64,000 bases of DNA from Burkholderiaceae bacterium (GCA_046289925.1 JBKBUN010000001.1:10199-74198), one strand, 5' to 3'; shown: positions 1 through 10,078, counted from the first letter of the stretch. The notes: a model not told the origin generated them from the sequence alone. Program-made: numbers and translations.

Positions 1-1732
1 CGATGATGCGACCAGCCTCCATCACCAGGATTTCGTGCGCGTCCACCACGGTGGACAGCCGGTGCGCGATCAGCAGCGTGGTCTTGCCCTGAGCGGCGCT
101 TTGCAGTTCGGCCTGGATGGCGCGTTCGTTGGCCGAGTCGAGCGCGCTCGTGGCCTCGTCAAAGATCAGGATCGGCGGGTTCTTGAGCAGCGTGCGCGCA
201 ATGGCCACGCGCTGCTTTTCGCCGCCCGAGAGTTTGAGCCCGCGCTCACCCACCATGGTGGCATAGCCCTTGGGCGTGCCCGCGATGAAGTCGTGGATGC
301 GCGCGGCGCGCGCGGCGGCCTCGATCTCGGCCTGGGTTGCGTCGGTACAGCCATAGGCGATGTTGTAGGCCACGGTGTCGTTGAACAGCACGGTGTCCTG
401 CGGCACGATGCCGATGGAGCGGCGCAGGCTGGTCTGCGTGACGCTGCGGATGTCCTGCCCCGCAATGCGGATCGCGCCCTGCTGGACGTCATAAAACCGG
501 TAAAGCAGCCGCGCCAGCGTGCTCTTACCCGAGCCCGAAGGGCCGACCACGGCCACCGTCTTGCCCGCGGGAATTTCAAAGCTCACGCCCTGCAGGATGG
601 GCCGCGCCGGGTCGTAGGCAAAGTGCACATCGTCAAAACGCACGGTAGGCTCGTCCAGCCCGACCAAGGCGGGCGCGCCGGGGGCGTCGGCCACTTCCCG
701 CTCCTTGTCCATGAGCACGAACATCTTGTCCAGATCGGTCAGGCTCTGCTTGATCTCGCGGTAGATCACGCCCAGGAAGTTGAGCGGGATGTAGAGCTGG
801 ATCATGAAGGCATTGACCATGACCAGGTCGCCCAGGGTCATGCGGCCATCGACCACGCCCTGCGTGGCCCGCCAAAGCATGGCCACCAGGCCCACGGCAA
901 TGATGAGCTGCTGCCCGGCGTTGAGCATGGACAGCGTGGTCTGGCTCTTGAGCCGCGCACGGCGCAGACGCTCCAGGCTCTCGTCGTAGCGGCGCGCCTC
1001 GAAGGCTTCGTTGTTGAAGTACTTGACGGTCTCGTAGTTGAGCAGCGAATCCACCGCCTTGGTGTGCGCGGCAGAGTCGAACTCGTTGGCCTCGCGGCGG
1101 AACTTGGTGCGCCATTCGGTCACCACCACCGTGTAAGCGATGTAGCAAACCAGCGCACACAGCGTGATCCAGGCGAACCAGACATCGAACTTGACGGCCA
1201 GCACGCTGAGCACCAGCACCACCTCGACCAGCGTGGCCGCCACGTTGAACAGCGAGAACGAGATCAGCGATTCAATGCCGCGCACGCCGCGCTCGATGTC
1301 GCGCGTCATGCCGCCCGTCTGGCGCTCCAGGTGAAAGCGCAGACTCAGGCTGTGCAGGTGCTCAAACGTCTGCAGCGCGATGCTGCGCGCCGCGCCCTGC
1401 GTGGCTTTGGCAAACACCAGTTCGCGCAGTTCGGTGAACAGCGAGGCCGACAGGCGCAACAGCCCATAGGCCAGCAGCAGGCCCGCGGGCACCACCAGCA
1501 CGGCCGTGGGATGGCCCACGGGCAGATCCATCGCATCGACCAATTGCTTGAGCAGCACCGGCACGCCCACGTTGGCAAGCTTGGCCCCCACCATGAAGAC
1601 GATGGCCGCGAGCACGCGCCACTTGTATTGCCACAAATAGGGCCAGAGCCGGCCGAGCGTGGCCCAGTCGGAGCGCGCCGGCGCAGCCCCGGGGGCAGAA
1701 GGGGAAGCAGAAGATTCGCCGCTGCGGCGCAT
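1..1732 (-). CDS. ABCB/ATM1-like ABC transporter (fused permease + ATPase), 3' end outside window
   Basis: Own translation from ATG at 1732 (MRRSGESS...DWATLGRLWPYLWQYKWRV); TM region, Walker A GPSGSGKS, signature LSGGEKQR, Walker B ILIFDEAT; absent from ORF track because it runs off the edge. Confidence 0.92.
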   Translation of the reverse strand, partial: MRRSGESSASPSAPGAAPARSDWATLGRLWPYLWQYKWRVLAAIVFMVGAKLANVGVPVLLKQLVDAMDLPVGHPTAVLVVPAGLLLAYGLLRLSASLFTELRELVFAKATQGAARSIALQTFEHLHSLSLRFHLERQTGGMTRDIERGVRGIESLISFSLFNVAATLVEVVLVLSVLAVKFDVWFAWITLCALVCYIAYTVVVTEWRTKFRREANEFDSAAHTKAVDSLLNYETVKYFNNEAFEARRYDESLERLRRARLKSQTTLSMLNAGQQLIIAVGLVAMLWRATQGVVDGRMTLGDLVMVNAFMIQLYIPLNFLGVIYREIKQSLTDLDKMFVLMDKEREVADAPGAPALVGLDEPTVRFDDVHFAYDPARPILQGVSFEIPAGKTVAVVGPSGSGKSTLARLLYRFYDVQQGAIRIAGQDIRSVTQTSLRRSIGIVPQDTVLFNDTVAYNIAYGCTDATQAEIEAAARAARIHDFIAGTPKGYATMVGERGLKLSGGEKQRVAIARTLLKNPPILIFDEATSALDSANERAIQAELQSAAQGKTTLLIAHRLSTVVDAHEILVMEAGRII

Positions 1733-1832
1733 GGGGGACAATTCCGGGCTTGTTGTTGTGCTGGCGGCGCGCTGCGGCCGCAGGCACCCCACGGCAACGC
1801 CCTGCGGCGCTGCCCCAACCGAGATTGTGCCC

Positions 1833-2261
1833 ATGTCCGAGAAATTCAGCCCCCCCGCCGCCCAGTTGCCCGTCGACAAGGAACTGGTGCTCAAGGTCAT
1901 CCCCATGCCAGCCGACACCAACGGCAATGGCGACATCTTTGGCGGCTGGGTCATGGCCCAGGTCGATCTGGCCGGCTCCGTGCTGCCCGCGCGCCATATC
2001 CAAGGCCGCATGGCCACCGTGGCCGTCAACGAATTCATCTTCAAGCAGCCGGTGCGCGTGGGCGACATCCTGTCGTTCTACGCCGCGGTCACACGCATCG
2101 GCAACACCTCGGTCACCGTAGAGGTCGAAGTGTTCGCCGAGCGCTTTGCCACGCAGGGCCAGTTTGTGAAGGTGACCGAAGCGCGTCTGACCTACGTCGC
2201 CATCGACGCGCAGGGCCGCCCGCGCCCGGTACCCAAGCCCGCCGCGCCGCTGGCCGGCTGA
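1833..2261 (+). CDS. Acyl-CoA thioesterase, YciA-like hotdog fold
   Basis: MPADTNGNGDIFGGWVMAQVDLAG motif; F..PVRVGD. Confidence 0.92.
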   Translation: MSEKFSPPAAQLPVDKELVLKVIPMPADTNGNGDIFGGWVMAQVDLAGSVLPARHIQGRMATVAVNEFIFKQPVRVGDILSFYAAVTRIGNTSVTVEVEVFAERFATQGQFVKVTEARLTYVAIDAQGRPRPVPKPAAPLAG

Positions 2262-2274
2262 AGGCGGGGCGGCA

Positions 2275-2838
2275 TCAAGCCTCAACCAGCGTGGACTCGG
2301 TGCGCGGCAACGCGGGCACGGTGCCCGCCACGCGCGTCGCACTCAGGTGGGCCGATTCGATCTCGCCTGCGAGCTGCCCGCCCTCTTCCACCACCAGCTT
2401 GCCGTAGCGGATCTTGCCGCTGACCTTGCCCGTGCCGTGGATCACCAGCTTCTGGCGCACGGTGAGCGTGCCGTGGAACTCACCATGGATCTCGGCAATG
2501 TCGATCTCGGCCGAGCCGCGAAACGCGCCTTGCTCCGCGATCTGGATCACGCGCGAATCCATCGTGGCCTCGACGATGCCCTCGACGACCAGCGTGTCGC
2601 AGTCGGTGATCTCTACGCCCTTGAGCTTGATGTTCGGGCCCACGGTGAGCTTGCTGCCGCCCGCGCCCGCGGCACTGCCGCTGCCCGCAGGCGCAGCCGC
2701 TTTCGCCACAGCCGATGCCGCGGCGGCGGGCGGGCTGGCCTGACTGCCCAGCCCGGCCAGTGGCCCGGCAGGCGGGGCGCTGCGCGCCCCCAAAGACTCA
2801 GGGTCGCGTTTGCCAAAAAACGGGGTTTGTACGGCCAT
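2275..2838 (-). CDS. Bactofilin (polymer-forming cytoskeletal protein)
   Basis: Disordered N-terminus then beta-helical repeats VGPNIKLKG/LVVEG/AEIHG/VSGKIRYGKLVVEEGG; AAGGAG RBS. Confidence 0.9.
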   Translation of the reverse strand: MAVQTPFFGKRDPESLGARSAPPAGPLAGLGSQASPPAAAASAVAKAAAPAGSGSAAGAGGSKLTVGPNIKLKGVEITDCDTLVVEGIVEATMDSRVIQIAEQGAFRGSAEIDIAEIHGEFHGTLTVRQKLVIHGTGKVSGKIRYGKLVVEEGGQLAGEIESAHLSATRVAGTVPALPRTESTLVEA

Positions 2839-3003
2839 CGGATCTCCTTGACAAAAAGAAACCCATGCTAGTCCTCAGCCTGGCCGCGGTCTGCGGGCCT
2901 TGTGCAAGGTGCGTAACCAAACCGCTCGGCCGTTGCATGCGTTTGCACGCCTTGCACTGGCTCACAGGCGCACCGTGGCCGTGGCACTCGGCGCAGTCAA
3001 CCC

Positions 3004-3168
3004 AGGAGCCTGTCGGACTTGGGGCGTCGAAAGCGAAAATGAGCCCCAGCGAGGACAGTTTTCGCCATGTTGGCAGCCCCATAGCGGGGCTATGGGGCCA
3101 AAAGACGGTGAAAATTGGACCGCTGCGGCTCATTTGCAGCCGACGATTCCCAAGTCCGACAGGCTCCT
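3004..3168. repeat. ~165 bp palindromic MITE/REPIN-like element with 20-bp perfect terminal inverted repeats
   Basis: AGGAGCCTGTCGGACTTGGG (3004-3023) is the reverse complement of 3149-3168; nested inner inverted repeats; partial inverted copy at 4004-4055. Confidence 0.85.
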
Positions 3169-3172
3169 AGGT

Positions 3173-3658
3173 TCAAGACACGATGTAAGCCGCAGCCCCC
3201 GCCGACATGAGCTGCCCGTCGGGCCCGACGAACTCCATGCGCGTGGTGGCCACGCGCGAGCCCAGGCGCAGCACCTCGGCGCGCAGGCCAAAGTGCGTAC
3301 CAATGCCCGGGCGCAGGTAGTCGATGCGCAGGTCAATGGTGCCCAACTTGGCAAAGCGGTGCAGGCGCTGCTCGGGCGGCTCGTCCATGTGCTTGGCGCC
3401 AATGGCCACCATCACCGCCAGGCCGCCCATGGCGTCCAGCGCCGCGCTGATCACGCCGCCGTGGATGCGGTTGTACGCGTAGTGGCCCACCAGATCGGGC
3501 CGCATGTCGATGCGCGCCTGCACCGCATCGGGCTGCAGCGTCACGATCTTGAGACCCAGCACCTGGTTGAAGACGATCTTTTCTTCAAAGATGACGCGCA
3601 GACCTTCGACGAACTCGGGCTCGAACGCAGTCACTGCAGGGGCTGTGGCAGGGCGCAT
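3173..3658 (-). CDS. PaaI-family thioesterase
   Basis: IHGGVISAALD and TIDLRIDYLRP motifs; start uncertain. Confidence 0.88.
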   Translation of the reverse strand: MRPATAPAVTAFEPEFVEGLRVIFEEKIVFNQVLGLKIVTLQPDAVQARIDMRPDLVGHYAYNRIHGGVISAALDAMGGLAVMVAIGAKHMDEPPEQRLHRFAKLGTIDLRIDYLRPGIGTHFGLRAEVLRLGSRVATTRMEFVGPDGQLMSAGAAAYIVS

Positions 3659-3700
3659 GGTGAGGGGCTCTCCGCTGAAAAACCTGAAGAACAGGGTTTT

Positions 3701-3753
3701 GCTATCAAAAACATAGCTGCTCGTGCTTGACTTTCCAGCACGAACAGCCATTT
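3701..3753. repeat. Dispersed double-hairpin repeat, family A
   Basis: GCTATC-N6-ATAGC-TGCTCGTGCTTG...AGCACG; collinear copies at 28937, 54495, 58677 and a degenerate one at 14698. Confidence 0.8.
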
Positions 3754-3759
3754 GCGTTC

Positions 3760-3997
3760 AACCTAGAAACCGCAGTTGGATGCGCCCGCCAGTGCCATGA
3801 TCGGCGCGCCAGGCAAGGCGAGACGACGCGGCGCACTCCTGTGCGCAAGGAGGCACAACGCCGCATGGCGCGGCTAGCATGGTGCTGGCGGGCGCATAGC
3901 GCTTTCGCCCAGAAGGTGAGCATGCCCACAAGGCGCAAGTTCAACGGACATTAGAACTTTTCAGTGTGAACAAGCGGTCAACTGCGGTTTCTAGGTT
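3760..3997. mobile_element. Non-autonomous MITE-like element with 19-bp perfect terminal inverted repeats
   Basis: AACCTAGAAACCGCAGTTG (3760-3778) / CAACTGCGGTTTCTAGGTT (3979-3997); internal hairpin ATGCGCCCGCCAG...CTGGCGGGCGCAT; no transposase. Confidence 0.65.
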
Positions 3998-4003
3998 CAA
4001 CCC

Positions 4004-4074
4004 AGGAGCCTGTCGGACTTGGGAATCGTCGGCTGCAAATGGGCCGCAGCGGTCCACTGCCGTTTCCAGGTTCA
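4004..4074. repeat. Partial inverted copy of the 3004-3168 element fused to a degenerate end of the 3760-3997 element
   Basis: 4004-4055 matches the reverse complement of ~3116-3168 with one mismatch; 4051-4074 resembles 3976-3999. Confidence 0.75.
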
Positions 4075-4848
4075 GATCTTGCTGAAGTCGGGATGGCGCT
4101 TTTCCATGAACGCGTTGAAGGCTTCGCGGGCGGCGGGCTCGCGCAGCATGCGGCCGAAGCTCTGGCCCTCTTCGGCCATGACGGCCAGCACCTGGGCCTG
4201 CTGGCCTTTTTTCATCAAGCGCTTGGTCTCGATCAGGGACGACAGCGGCTTGGCCGCCAGCTTGCGGGCCTGGGCCTGGGCGTAGGCATTGCACTCGGTG
4301 GGCGGCAGCACGCGGTTGACCAGGCCGACTTCGAGTGCGGCCTCGGCCATGAAGGGCTCGCCCAGCATCAGCGCCTCGGCGGCGCGGTGGTAGCCCAGCA
4401 TCTGGGGCACGAGCAGGCTCGACGCCGCCTCGGGGCACAGCCCCAGGTTGACAAAGGGCATAGAAAACGCGGCGTTGTCGCCGGCATACACCAGGTCGCA
4501 GTGAAACAGCATGGTGGTGCCAATGCCCACGGCCGGGCCGCAGACGGCGGCGATCACCGGCTTGGTGAAGCCCGCCAGGCCGCGCAGGAAGCGGAACACG
4601 GGCGAATCCTGCGACGCCGGGGGCTGCTGCAGGAAGTCGCCGATGTCGTTGCCCGCGCTGAAGATGGCCACGTCGCCCTGGAACACCACCACGCGCACGG
4701 CGGCGTCGGCCTCGGCCGCGGCCAGCGCATCGGCCATGGCCGCGTACATGGCGGTGGTGATGGAGTTCTTCTTGTCCACGCGGTCGAAGGTGAGGGTGGT
4801 CACACCGTCTTCGGTGTGCACGCGGATGTCGGCGGTAGCGGTGCTCAT
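4072..4848 (-). CDS. Enoyl-CoA hydratase/isomerase family protein
   Basis: FSAGNDI, KPVIAAVCGPAVGIG, LGLCPEAASS crotonase motifs; AGGAG RBS. Confidence 0.93.
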   Translation of the reverse strand: MSTATADIRVHTEDGVTTLTFDRVDKKNSITTAMYAAMADALAAAEADAAVRVVVFQGDVAIFSAGNDIGDFLQQPPASQDSPVFRFLRGLAGFTKPVIAAVCGPAVGIGTTMLFHCDLVYAGDNAAFSMPFVNLGLCPEAASSLLVPQMLGYHRAAEALMLGEPFMAEAALEVGLVNRVLPPTECNAYAQAQARKLAAKPLSSLIETKRLMKKGQQAQVLAVMAEEGQSFGRMLREPAAREAFNAFMEKRHPDFSKI

Positions 4849-4918
4849 GAAAGGTCTCCTGGGGGGTGCATGCAATGCCCGGGGTGGCGGCACGCAGACT
4901 GCGGGCCGCGCGCCGGGT

Positions 4919-5743
4919 TCATTCCTTGTAGTACACGATCTGGTGGCTGGTGGCCAGCAGCGTGCCGGCCTCGTTCCACAGTTGCGCGGTCTGGTCGAAA
5001 AAGCCGTTGCGGAATTCCTGCGCGCGGGCCTGGCCCAGCACGAAGCCCGTGCCCGTGGCCGCAAGCTGCGCAGCGTCGGCGTGGTAGTACACCGTGAGCG
5101 ACACGGTGCCTGCCGGCACCTGGCGCGCGCGGCGCAGCCATACGCGCGGAAAGAACACGTCGGCCAGCGCCGTGAGCGCCGGAAAATCCAGCGCCCGTGC
5201 GGGGGCGTCGCGCATCCACAGGCGGCTCAGGCTGTGGTCGCCGCCGCCGTCCCATACCTGCGGAATCACGCCGCTGACCGGGCGCATTTCGTAGCGCTGC
5301 AGCCAGGCCATGGCGGCCGCGGGGGCCAGGGGGGGCAGCGTGCCGGGCGCGGGCACTTCGGGCATGGGCGTGTCGGCCATGCTCCAGGTCTCGCGCCGCA
5401 CGGCCGTGACCGCGGTGCCCGTGGTCGCCACCACCGCCGCGCCATCGGGGCCGGACTGCAGCAAGGTGAGCGTCCAGTGCTGGGTGGAGCGGTTGGTGCG
5501 CACGGGCACCGCTTCCACGGTGAACGGGCCTTCGCCCACGGCCCCGGCAAAGTTCACCGTGAGCGAGAGCGGATCGCCCAGGCGCTGCGGGTGCTGCAGC
5601 AGCGCCTGCAGCAGCGTGGCCGCCGTGATGCCCCCGAACGGGCCCACCATGTTCCAGTAGCCCGCGTGCGACTGGCCGCGGAACGCATGCGCGGCGGTGG
5701 CTTCGAGCGCCACCGCTTGATCAAAAGGATGTGCGTGGGTCAT
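4919..5743 (-). CDS. Double-hotdog thioesterase (TesB-like)
   Basis: GPFGGITAA; ALADVFFP; GFFDQTAQLW. Confidence 0.85.
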   Translation of the reverse strand: MTHAHPFDQAVALEATAAHAFRGQSHAGYWNMVGPFGGITAATLLQALLQHPQRLGDPLSLTVNFAGAVGEGPFTVEAVPVRTNRSTQHWTLTLLQSGPDGAAVVATTGTAVTAVRRETWSMADTPMPEVPAPGTLPPLAPAAAMAWLQRYEMRPVSGVIPQVWDGGGDHSLSRLWMRDAPARALDFPALTALADVFFPRVWLRRARQVPAGTVSLTVYYHADAAQLAATGTGFVLGQARAQEFRNGFFDQTAQLWNEAGTLLATSHQIVYYKE

Positions 5744-5811
5744 GCGTCCGAGTGTGCCGGGTTTCGGGTGGGGCGGCCGTCCTGCCTGCGACTGTGGGCG
5801 CTACGCCGCAG

Positions 5812-5836
5812 AAAAAAGGCCACCCGAAGGTGGCCT
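5812..5836 (-). terminator. Rho-independent terminator after thiolase
   Basis: AGGCCACC-TTCG-GGTGGCCT followed by a T run on the minus strand. Confidence 0.85.
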
Positions 5837-5851
5837 GTGCGGGCGCCGTGC

Positions 5852-7045
5852 TTACAGCGCCTCGATGATGCCGGCCGCGCCCTGGCCCGTGCCCACGCAC
5901 ATGGTGACCATGCCGTACTTGAGCTTGTGGCGGCGCAGCGCATGCACCACGGTGGCCGCACGGATCGCACCCGTGGCGCCCAGCGGGTGGCCCAGGGCGA
6001 TGGCACCGCCCATGGGATTGACCTTGGACGGATCCAGGCCCAGTGTGTTGATCACGGCCAGCGACTGCGCGGCAAAGGCTTCGTTGAGCTCGAACCAGCC
6101 GATGTCTTCGTGCTTCAGGCCCGCATAGCGCAGCGCGGCCGGAATGGCCTCGATCGGGCCAATGCCCATGATTTCGGGCGGCACACCGCGTGCGGCATAG
6201 CTCACAAAGCGGGCCAGCGGCGTCAAGCCGAACTGCTTGACGGCCTTTTCGCTGGCCACGATCAGCGCGCCCGCGCCATCACTGGTCTGCGAACTGTTGC
6301 CCGCCGTCACGCTGCCACGGGCGGCAAACACGGGCTTGAGCTTGGCCAGGCCTTCGAGCGAGGTGTCGGGGCGCGGGCCTTCGTCCAGGTTCACGGTGCG
6401 GCGCTTTTCCACGACCTCGCCGGTGGCCAGGTTGGGCGAACGCTCCACAATCTCGATGGGCGTGATTTCGTCGGTGAACTCGCCGGCCTTCTGGGCTTTG
6501 AGGGCGCGCATGTGGGACTCCAGCGCAAACGCATCCTGCGCTTCGCGGCTCACCTTCCACTGCTTGGCCACCTTCTCAGCCGTCAGGCCCATGCCGTAGG
6601 CGATGCCCACGTTCTCGTCCTTGGCAAAGATTTCGGGGTTGAACGACGGCTTGTTGCCGCCCATGGGCACCATGCTCATGGACTCGGCACCGCCAGCGAT
6701 CAGCACATCGGCCTCGCCCACGCGGATACGGTCGGCCGCCATCTGCAACGCGGTAATGCCCGATGCGCAGAAGCGGTTCACCGTCACGCCGCCCACGGGG
6801 TGGTCGAACGCCAGGCCCATCGCTATGCGCGCCATGTTCATGCCCTGCTCGCCTTCAGGGAACGAGCAGCCGATGATCGCGTCTTCGATCGCCTTCGGGT
6901 CCAGCGTGGGCACCTGCAGCATGGCGGCCTTGATGGAGGCCACCAGCAGGTCGTCCGGGCGGGTGTTCTTGAAGTAGCCCCGGCCCGAGCGCCCAATGGG
7001 CGTGCGCGTGGCGGCAACGATGTAGGCGTCTTGCACTTGTTTCAT
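5852..7045 (-). CDS. fadA: Acetyl-CoA C-acyltransferase (3-ketoacyl-CoA thiolase)
   Basis: NRFCASG, NEAFA, GHPLGATG, MCVGTGQG catalytic motifs. Confidence 0.95.
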   Translation of the reverse strand: MKQVQDAYIVAATRTPIGRSGRGYFKNTRPDDLLVASIKAAMLQVPTLDPKAIEDAIIGCSFPEGEQGMNMARIAMGLAFDHPVGGVTVNRFCASGITALQMAADRIRVGEADVLIAGGAESMSMVPMGGNKPSFNPEIFAKDENVGIAYGMGLTAEKVAKQWKVSREAQDAFALESHMRALKAQKAGEFTDEITPIEIVERSPNLATGEVVEKRRTVNLDEGPRPDTSLEGLAKLKPVFAARGSVTAGNSSQTSDGAGALIVASEKAVKQFGLTPLARFVSYAARGVPPEIMGIGPIEAIPAALRYAGLKHEDIGWFELNEAFAAQSLAVINTLGLDPSKVNPMGGAIALGHPLGATGAIRAATVVHALRRHKLKYGMVTMCVGTGQGAAGIIEAL

Positions 7046-7079
7046 GATCAGATCCTGTCCTTGTTGGGGGTGGGGGCGG

Positions 7080-7655
7080 TCAGGCCCCGGGCCGCGCGGT
7101 GGCGGCGTCGGCCGCGCCCGCAGGGCGTGTGTTTTTGCCCGAGGGCACCCAGGCCCAGACGAATGCGCACTCGACCGGCTCGGCACCCGACTCGTCGAAT
7201 ACCTGCACAGGCACCGTGACCTCGCCCTTGTCGGCCTGCTGCATGTGCAGGCGCTGGGCGTCGGTCAGCGTGGCCACGGCGCGCAGGCTGCCCTGCGCCC
7301 GGCGGCGAAACGCCACCTTCAGCTCCTTGGCCAGCGGCAGGCAGTCGTCGCGCACGTTCATGCCCACCACCATGCCGGTGGCCGTCTCAGCCAGCAGCGT
7401 CATGGCGGCGGCGTGCACGCCGCCGATGTGGTTCTGCACGCGGCGTTCGTTGGCCACGGCAATCTCCACGCGCTCCGGGCTCATCAGCTCAAAGCGCAGC
7501 TTGGCAGTGCCGGTGAACGGCACAGCGCGACGCAACACGAGGTTGCGCGCCCAGCCCCGCGCGAAGGCCGGCACCTGGTCCAGTTGGGCCAGGCTGCGGG
7601 CCAGCCGGTTGGGCCGACCCTGGGCTGTGACGGGTGCCACGGCAGTCTGTGCCAT
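7080..7655 (-). CDS. DUF4442/YiiD-like hotdog-fold protein
   Basis: VQNHIGGVHAAAMTLLAE; inside the beta-oxidation operon. Confidence 0.8.
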   Translation of the reverse strand: MAQTAVAPVTAQGRPNRLARSLAQLDQVPAFARGWARNLVLRRAVPFTGTAKLRFELMSPERVEIAVANERRVQNHIGGVHAAAMTLLAETATGMVVGMNVRDDCLPLAKELKVAFRRRAQGSLRAVATLTDAQRLHMQQADKGEVTVPVQVFDESGAEPVECAFVWAWVPSGKNTRPAGAADAATARPGA

Positions 7656-7656
7656 G

Positions 7657-10059
7657 TCAGTTGCGCACCGGCTTGCCGGTGTTCAGCATGCCCAGAATGC
7701 GCTCGTGCGTCTTGGGCTGGGCGATCAGGTGGCAGAACACCTTGCGCTCCAGCGCGAGCAGGTATTCCTCGCTCACCAGCGAACCTGCGTCCACATCACC
7801 GCCGCAGACCACCTCGGCGATCATCGCGCCGATCTTGAAGTCATAGGCACTGATGAAGCCGCCATCGCGCATGTTCACAAGCTGCGCCTTGATGGTCGCG
7901 ATGCCGCTGCGGCCTGCCACCGGGAACAGGCGCTTGTGCGGCGCGCGCCAGCCGCTGGCGGCCATGGACTTGGCTTCGTTGATTGCGACGAACAAGAGTT
8001 CGTCCTTGTGGGGCACGATGATGTCGGACTCCAGCAGGTAGCCCAGCTTGCGCGACTCCAGCGCGCTGGTGCCCACCTTGGCCATGGCCGCAGCGGTGAA
8101 GCCTTCGGTCAGGAAGGGCAGCAAGTCCTTGCTCGTCGAAGCGGCCATGTTCTCGGCCGCGCGGCGGGCAATGTAGGTCAGGCCGCCGGCGCCAGGCACC
8201 AGGCCCACGCCCACTTCCACCAGGCCGATGTAGCTTTCCATGTGGGCCACGCGCTTGGCGGAATACACGGCCAGTTCGCAGCCACCGCCCAGCGCCATGC
8301 CATGGATGGCAGCCACCACCGGCACCTGGGCGTAGCGAATGCGCATCATCAGGTTCTGCAGTTCCTGCTCGATGCTCTCCACTGCGTCAGGGCCGCCCAC
8401 GGCAAAGGCTGGCATGGTGGCTTCGAGGTCGGCCCCCACACTAAAGGGTGCATCGCCCGACCAGATGACCATGCCGTCGTATTCGCGCTCGGCCAGTTCC
8501 AGGGCTTCGGCCAGGCCTTCCATCACTTCAGGGCTGATGGCGTGCATCTTGTTCTTGATGCTGGCAATCAGCACCTTGCCATCAAGCGTCCAGGTGCGCA
8601 GCGCCTTCGACTCGGCCAGGGTGGTGCCAGCCGTACGCCAATCGGGCAGGCTGGTTTCGCCCAGCAGCGGCTCGGGGAAAAGCTGACGCTCGTACACGGG
8701 CAATTGGCGGCGCGGCACAAACCTACCCTGCGACGCGCTCCACGAGCCTTGTGCGGTGTGCACGCCACCGGCTTCGGCCACGGGGCCCTTGAACACCCAC
8801 TCGGGCAGCGGCGCCTTGCACAGCGCCTTGCCGGCGTCGATGTCTTCCTGAACCATCTTGGCCACTTCGAGCCATCCGGCTTCCTGCCAGAGCTCAAACG
8901 GGCCCTGCTTCATGCCGAAGCCCCAGCGCATGGCCTGGTCTACGTCGCGGGCGTTGTCGGCAATGGTGCCCAGATGCACAGCGGCGTAGTGGAAGCTGTT
9001 GCGCAAAATGGCCCACAGGAAGCGGCCTTGCGCGCCCTCAGCGTTGCGCAGCAGCTTCAGGCGCTCGGCGGCGGGCTTTTTGAGCATGCGCCCGTACACC
9101 TCGTCGGCCTTCTGGCCAGCGGGCACGTACGATTCGCTTGCCAGATCGAAGCGCATCACATCACGGCCGACCTTTTTGAAGAAACCGGCCTTGGTCTTCT
9201 GGCCAAGGTTGCCCATCTCCAGCAACTTCTTGAGCACGGCGGGGGTGCCAAAGCTCTCGTAGAAGGGATCGGTCTCCAGGCTCAGGTTGTCCTGCAGCGT
9301 CTTGATCACGTGCGCCATGGTGTCCAGACCCACCACATCGGCGGTGCGGAAGGTGCCGCTCGACGCACGGCCCAGCTTCTTGCCCGTGAGATCGTCCACC
9401 ACGTCGTAAGTGAGGCCGAAGTTCTCCACCTCCTTCATGGTGGACAGCATGCCGGCAATGCCCACGCGGTTGGCGATGAAGTTGGGCGTGTCCTTGGCGC
9501 GCACCACGCCCTTGCCCAGACCGCTGGTCACAAAGGCTTCGAGCTGGTCCAGCACTTCGGGCTGGGTGGTGGGCGTGTTGATCAGCTCCACCAGCGTCAT
9601 GTAGCGCGGCGGGTTGAAGAAGTGAATACCGCAGAAGCGGGGCTTGATGCTGTCGGGCAGCACTTCACTGAGCTTGGTGATCGACAGGCCCGAGGTGTTG
9701 GACGCCAGGATGGCATGCTGGGCCACGTGCGGAGCGATCTTGGTGTACAGGTCGAGCTTCCAGTCCATGCGCTCGGCAATCGCCTCGATCACGAGGTCGC
9801 ATTCCTTGAGCAGGTGCATGTGCTCTTCGTAGTTGGCCTGCTGGATGAGTGCAGCGTCGTCGGCCACGCCCAGGGGCGAGGGCTTGAGCTTCTTCAGGCC
9901 TTCGACGGCCTTGGTCACGATGCCGTTCTTCGGACCTTCCTTGGCAGGCAGGTCGAACAGCACCACGGGGACTTTCACATTGACGAGATGGGCCGCAATC
10001 TGCGCGCCCATCACGCCTGCGCCGAGCACGGCGACTTTCTTGACTTGGAATCGGGACAT
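7657..10059 (-). CDS. 3-hydroxyacyl-CoA dehydrogenase/enoyl-CoA hydratase (FadN-type)
   Basis: GAGVMG Rossmann motif, HFFNPPRYM, C-terminal crotonase FSVGADL/GGGCE; GGAG-like context before ATG 10059. Confidence 0.95.
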   Translation of the reverse strand: MSRFQVKKVAVLGAGVMGAQIAAHLVNVKVPVVLFDLPAKEGPKNGIVTKAVEGLKKLKPSPLGVADDAALIQQANYEEHMHLLKECDLVIEAIAERMDWKLDLYTKIAPHVAQHAILASNTSGLSITKLSEVLPDSIKPRFCGIHFFNPPRYMTLVELINTPTTQPEVLDQLEAFVTSGLGKGVVRAKDTPNFIANRVGIAGMLSTMKEVENFGLTYDVVDDLTGKKLGRASSGTFRTADVVGLDTMAHVIKTLQDNLSLETDPFYESFGTPAVLKKLLEMGNLGQKTKAGFFKKVGRDVMRFDLASESYVPAGQKADEVYGRMLKKPAAERLKLLRNAEGAQGRFLWAILRNSFHYAAVHLGTIADNARDVDQAMRWGFGMKQGPFELWQEAGWLEVAKMVQEDIDAGKALCKAPLPEWVFKGPVAEAGGVHTAQGSWSASQGRFVPRRQLPVYERQLFPEPLLGETSLPDWRTAGTTLAESKALRTWTLDGKVLIASIKNKMHAISPEVMEGLAEALELAEREYDGMVIWSGDAPFSVGADLEATMPAFAVGGPDAVESIEQELQNLMMRIRYAQVPVVAAIHGMALGGGCELAVYSAKRVAHMESYIGLVEVGVGLVPGAGGLTYIARRAAENMAASTSKDLLPFLTEGFTAAAMAKVGTSALESRKLGYLLESDIIVPHKDELLFVAINEAKSMAASGWRAPHKRLFPVAGRSGIATIKAQLVNMRDGGFISAYDFKIGAMIAEVVCGGDVDAGSLVSEEYLLALERKVFCHLIAQPKTHERILGMLNTGKPVRN

Positions 10060-10078
10060 GGAGGTGTGTAGGTTCAAT

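Noticed and set aside
35-2407. 790-aa plus-strand ORF
   Set aside because: Antisense shadow of the ABC transporter; typical of GC-rich DNA, no motifs
2848-2874. Perfect TTGACA on the plus strand
   Set aside because: Overlaps the bactofilin RBS on the other strand; no -10 at proper spacing and no downstream gene
3696-4074. Possible CRISPR array or integron attC sites
   Set aside because: No regular repeat-spacer period, no cas or intI, and the ends do not fit the GTTRRRY core
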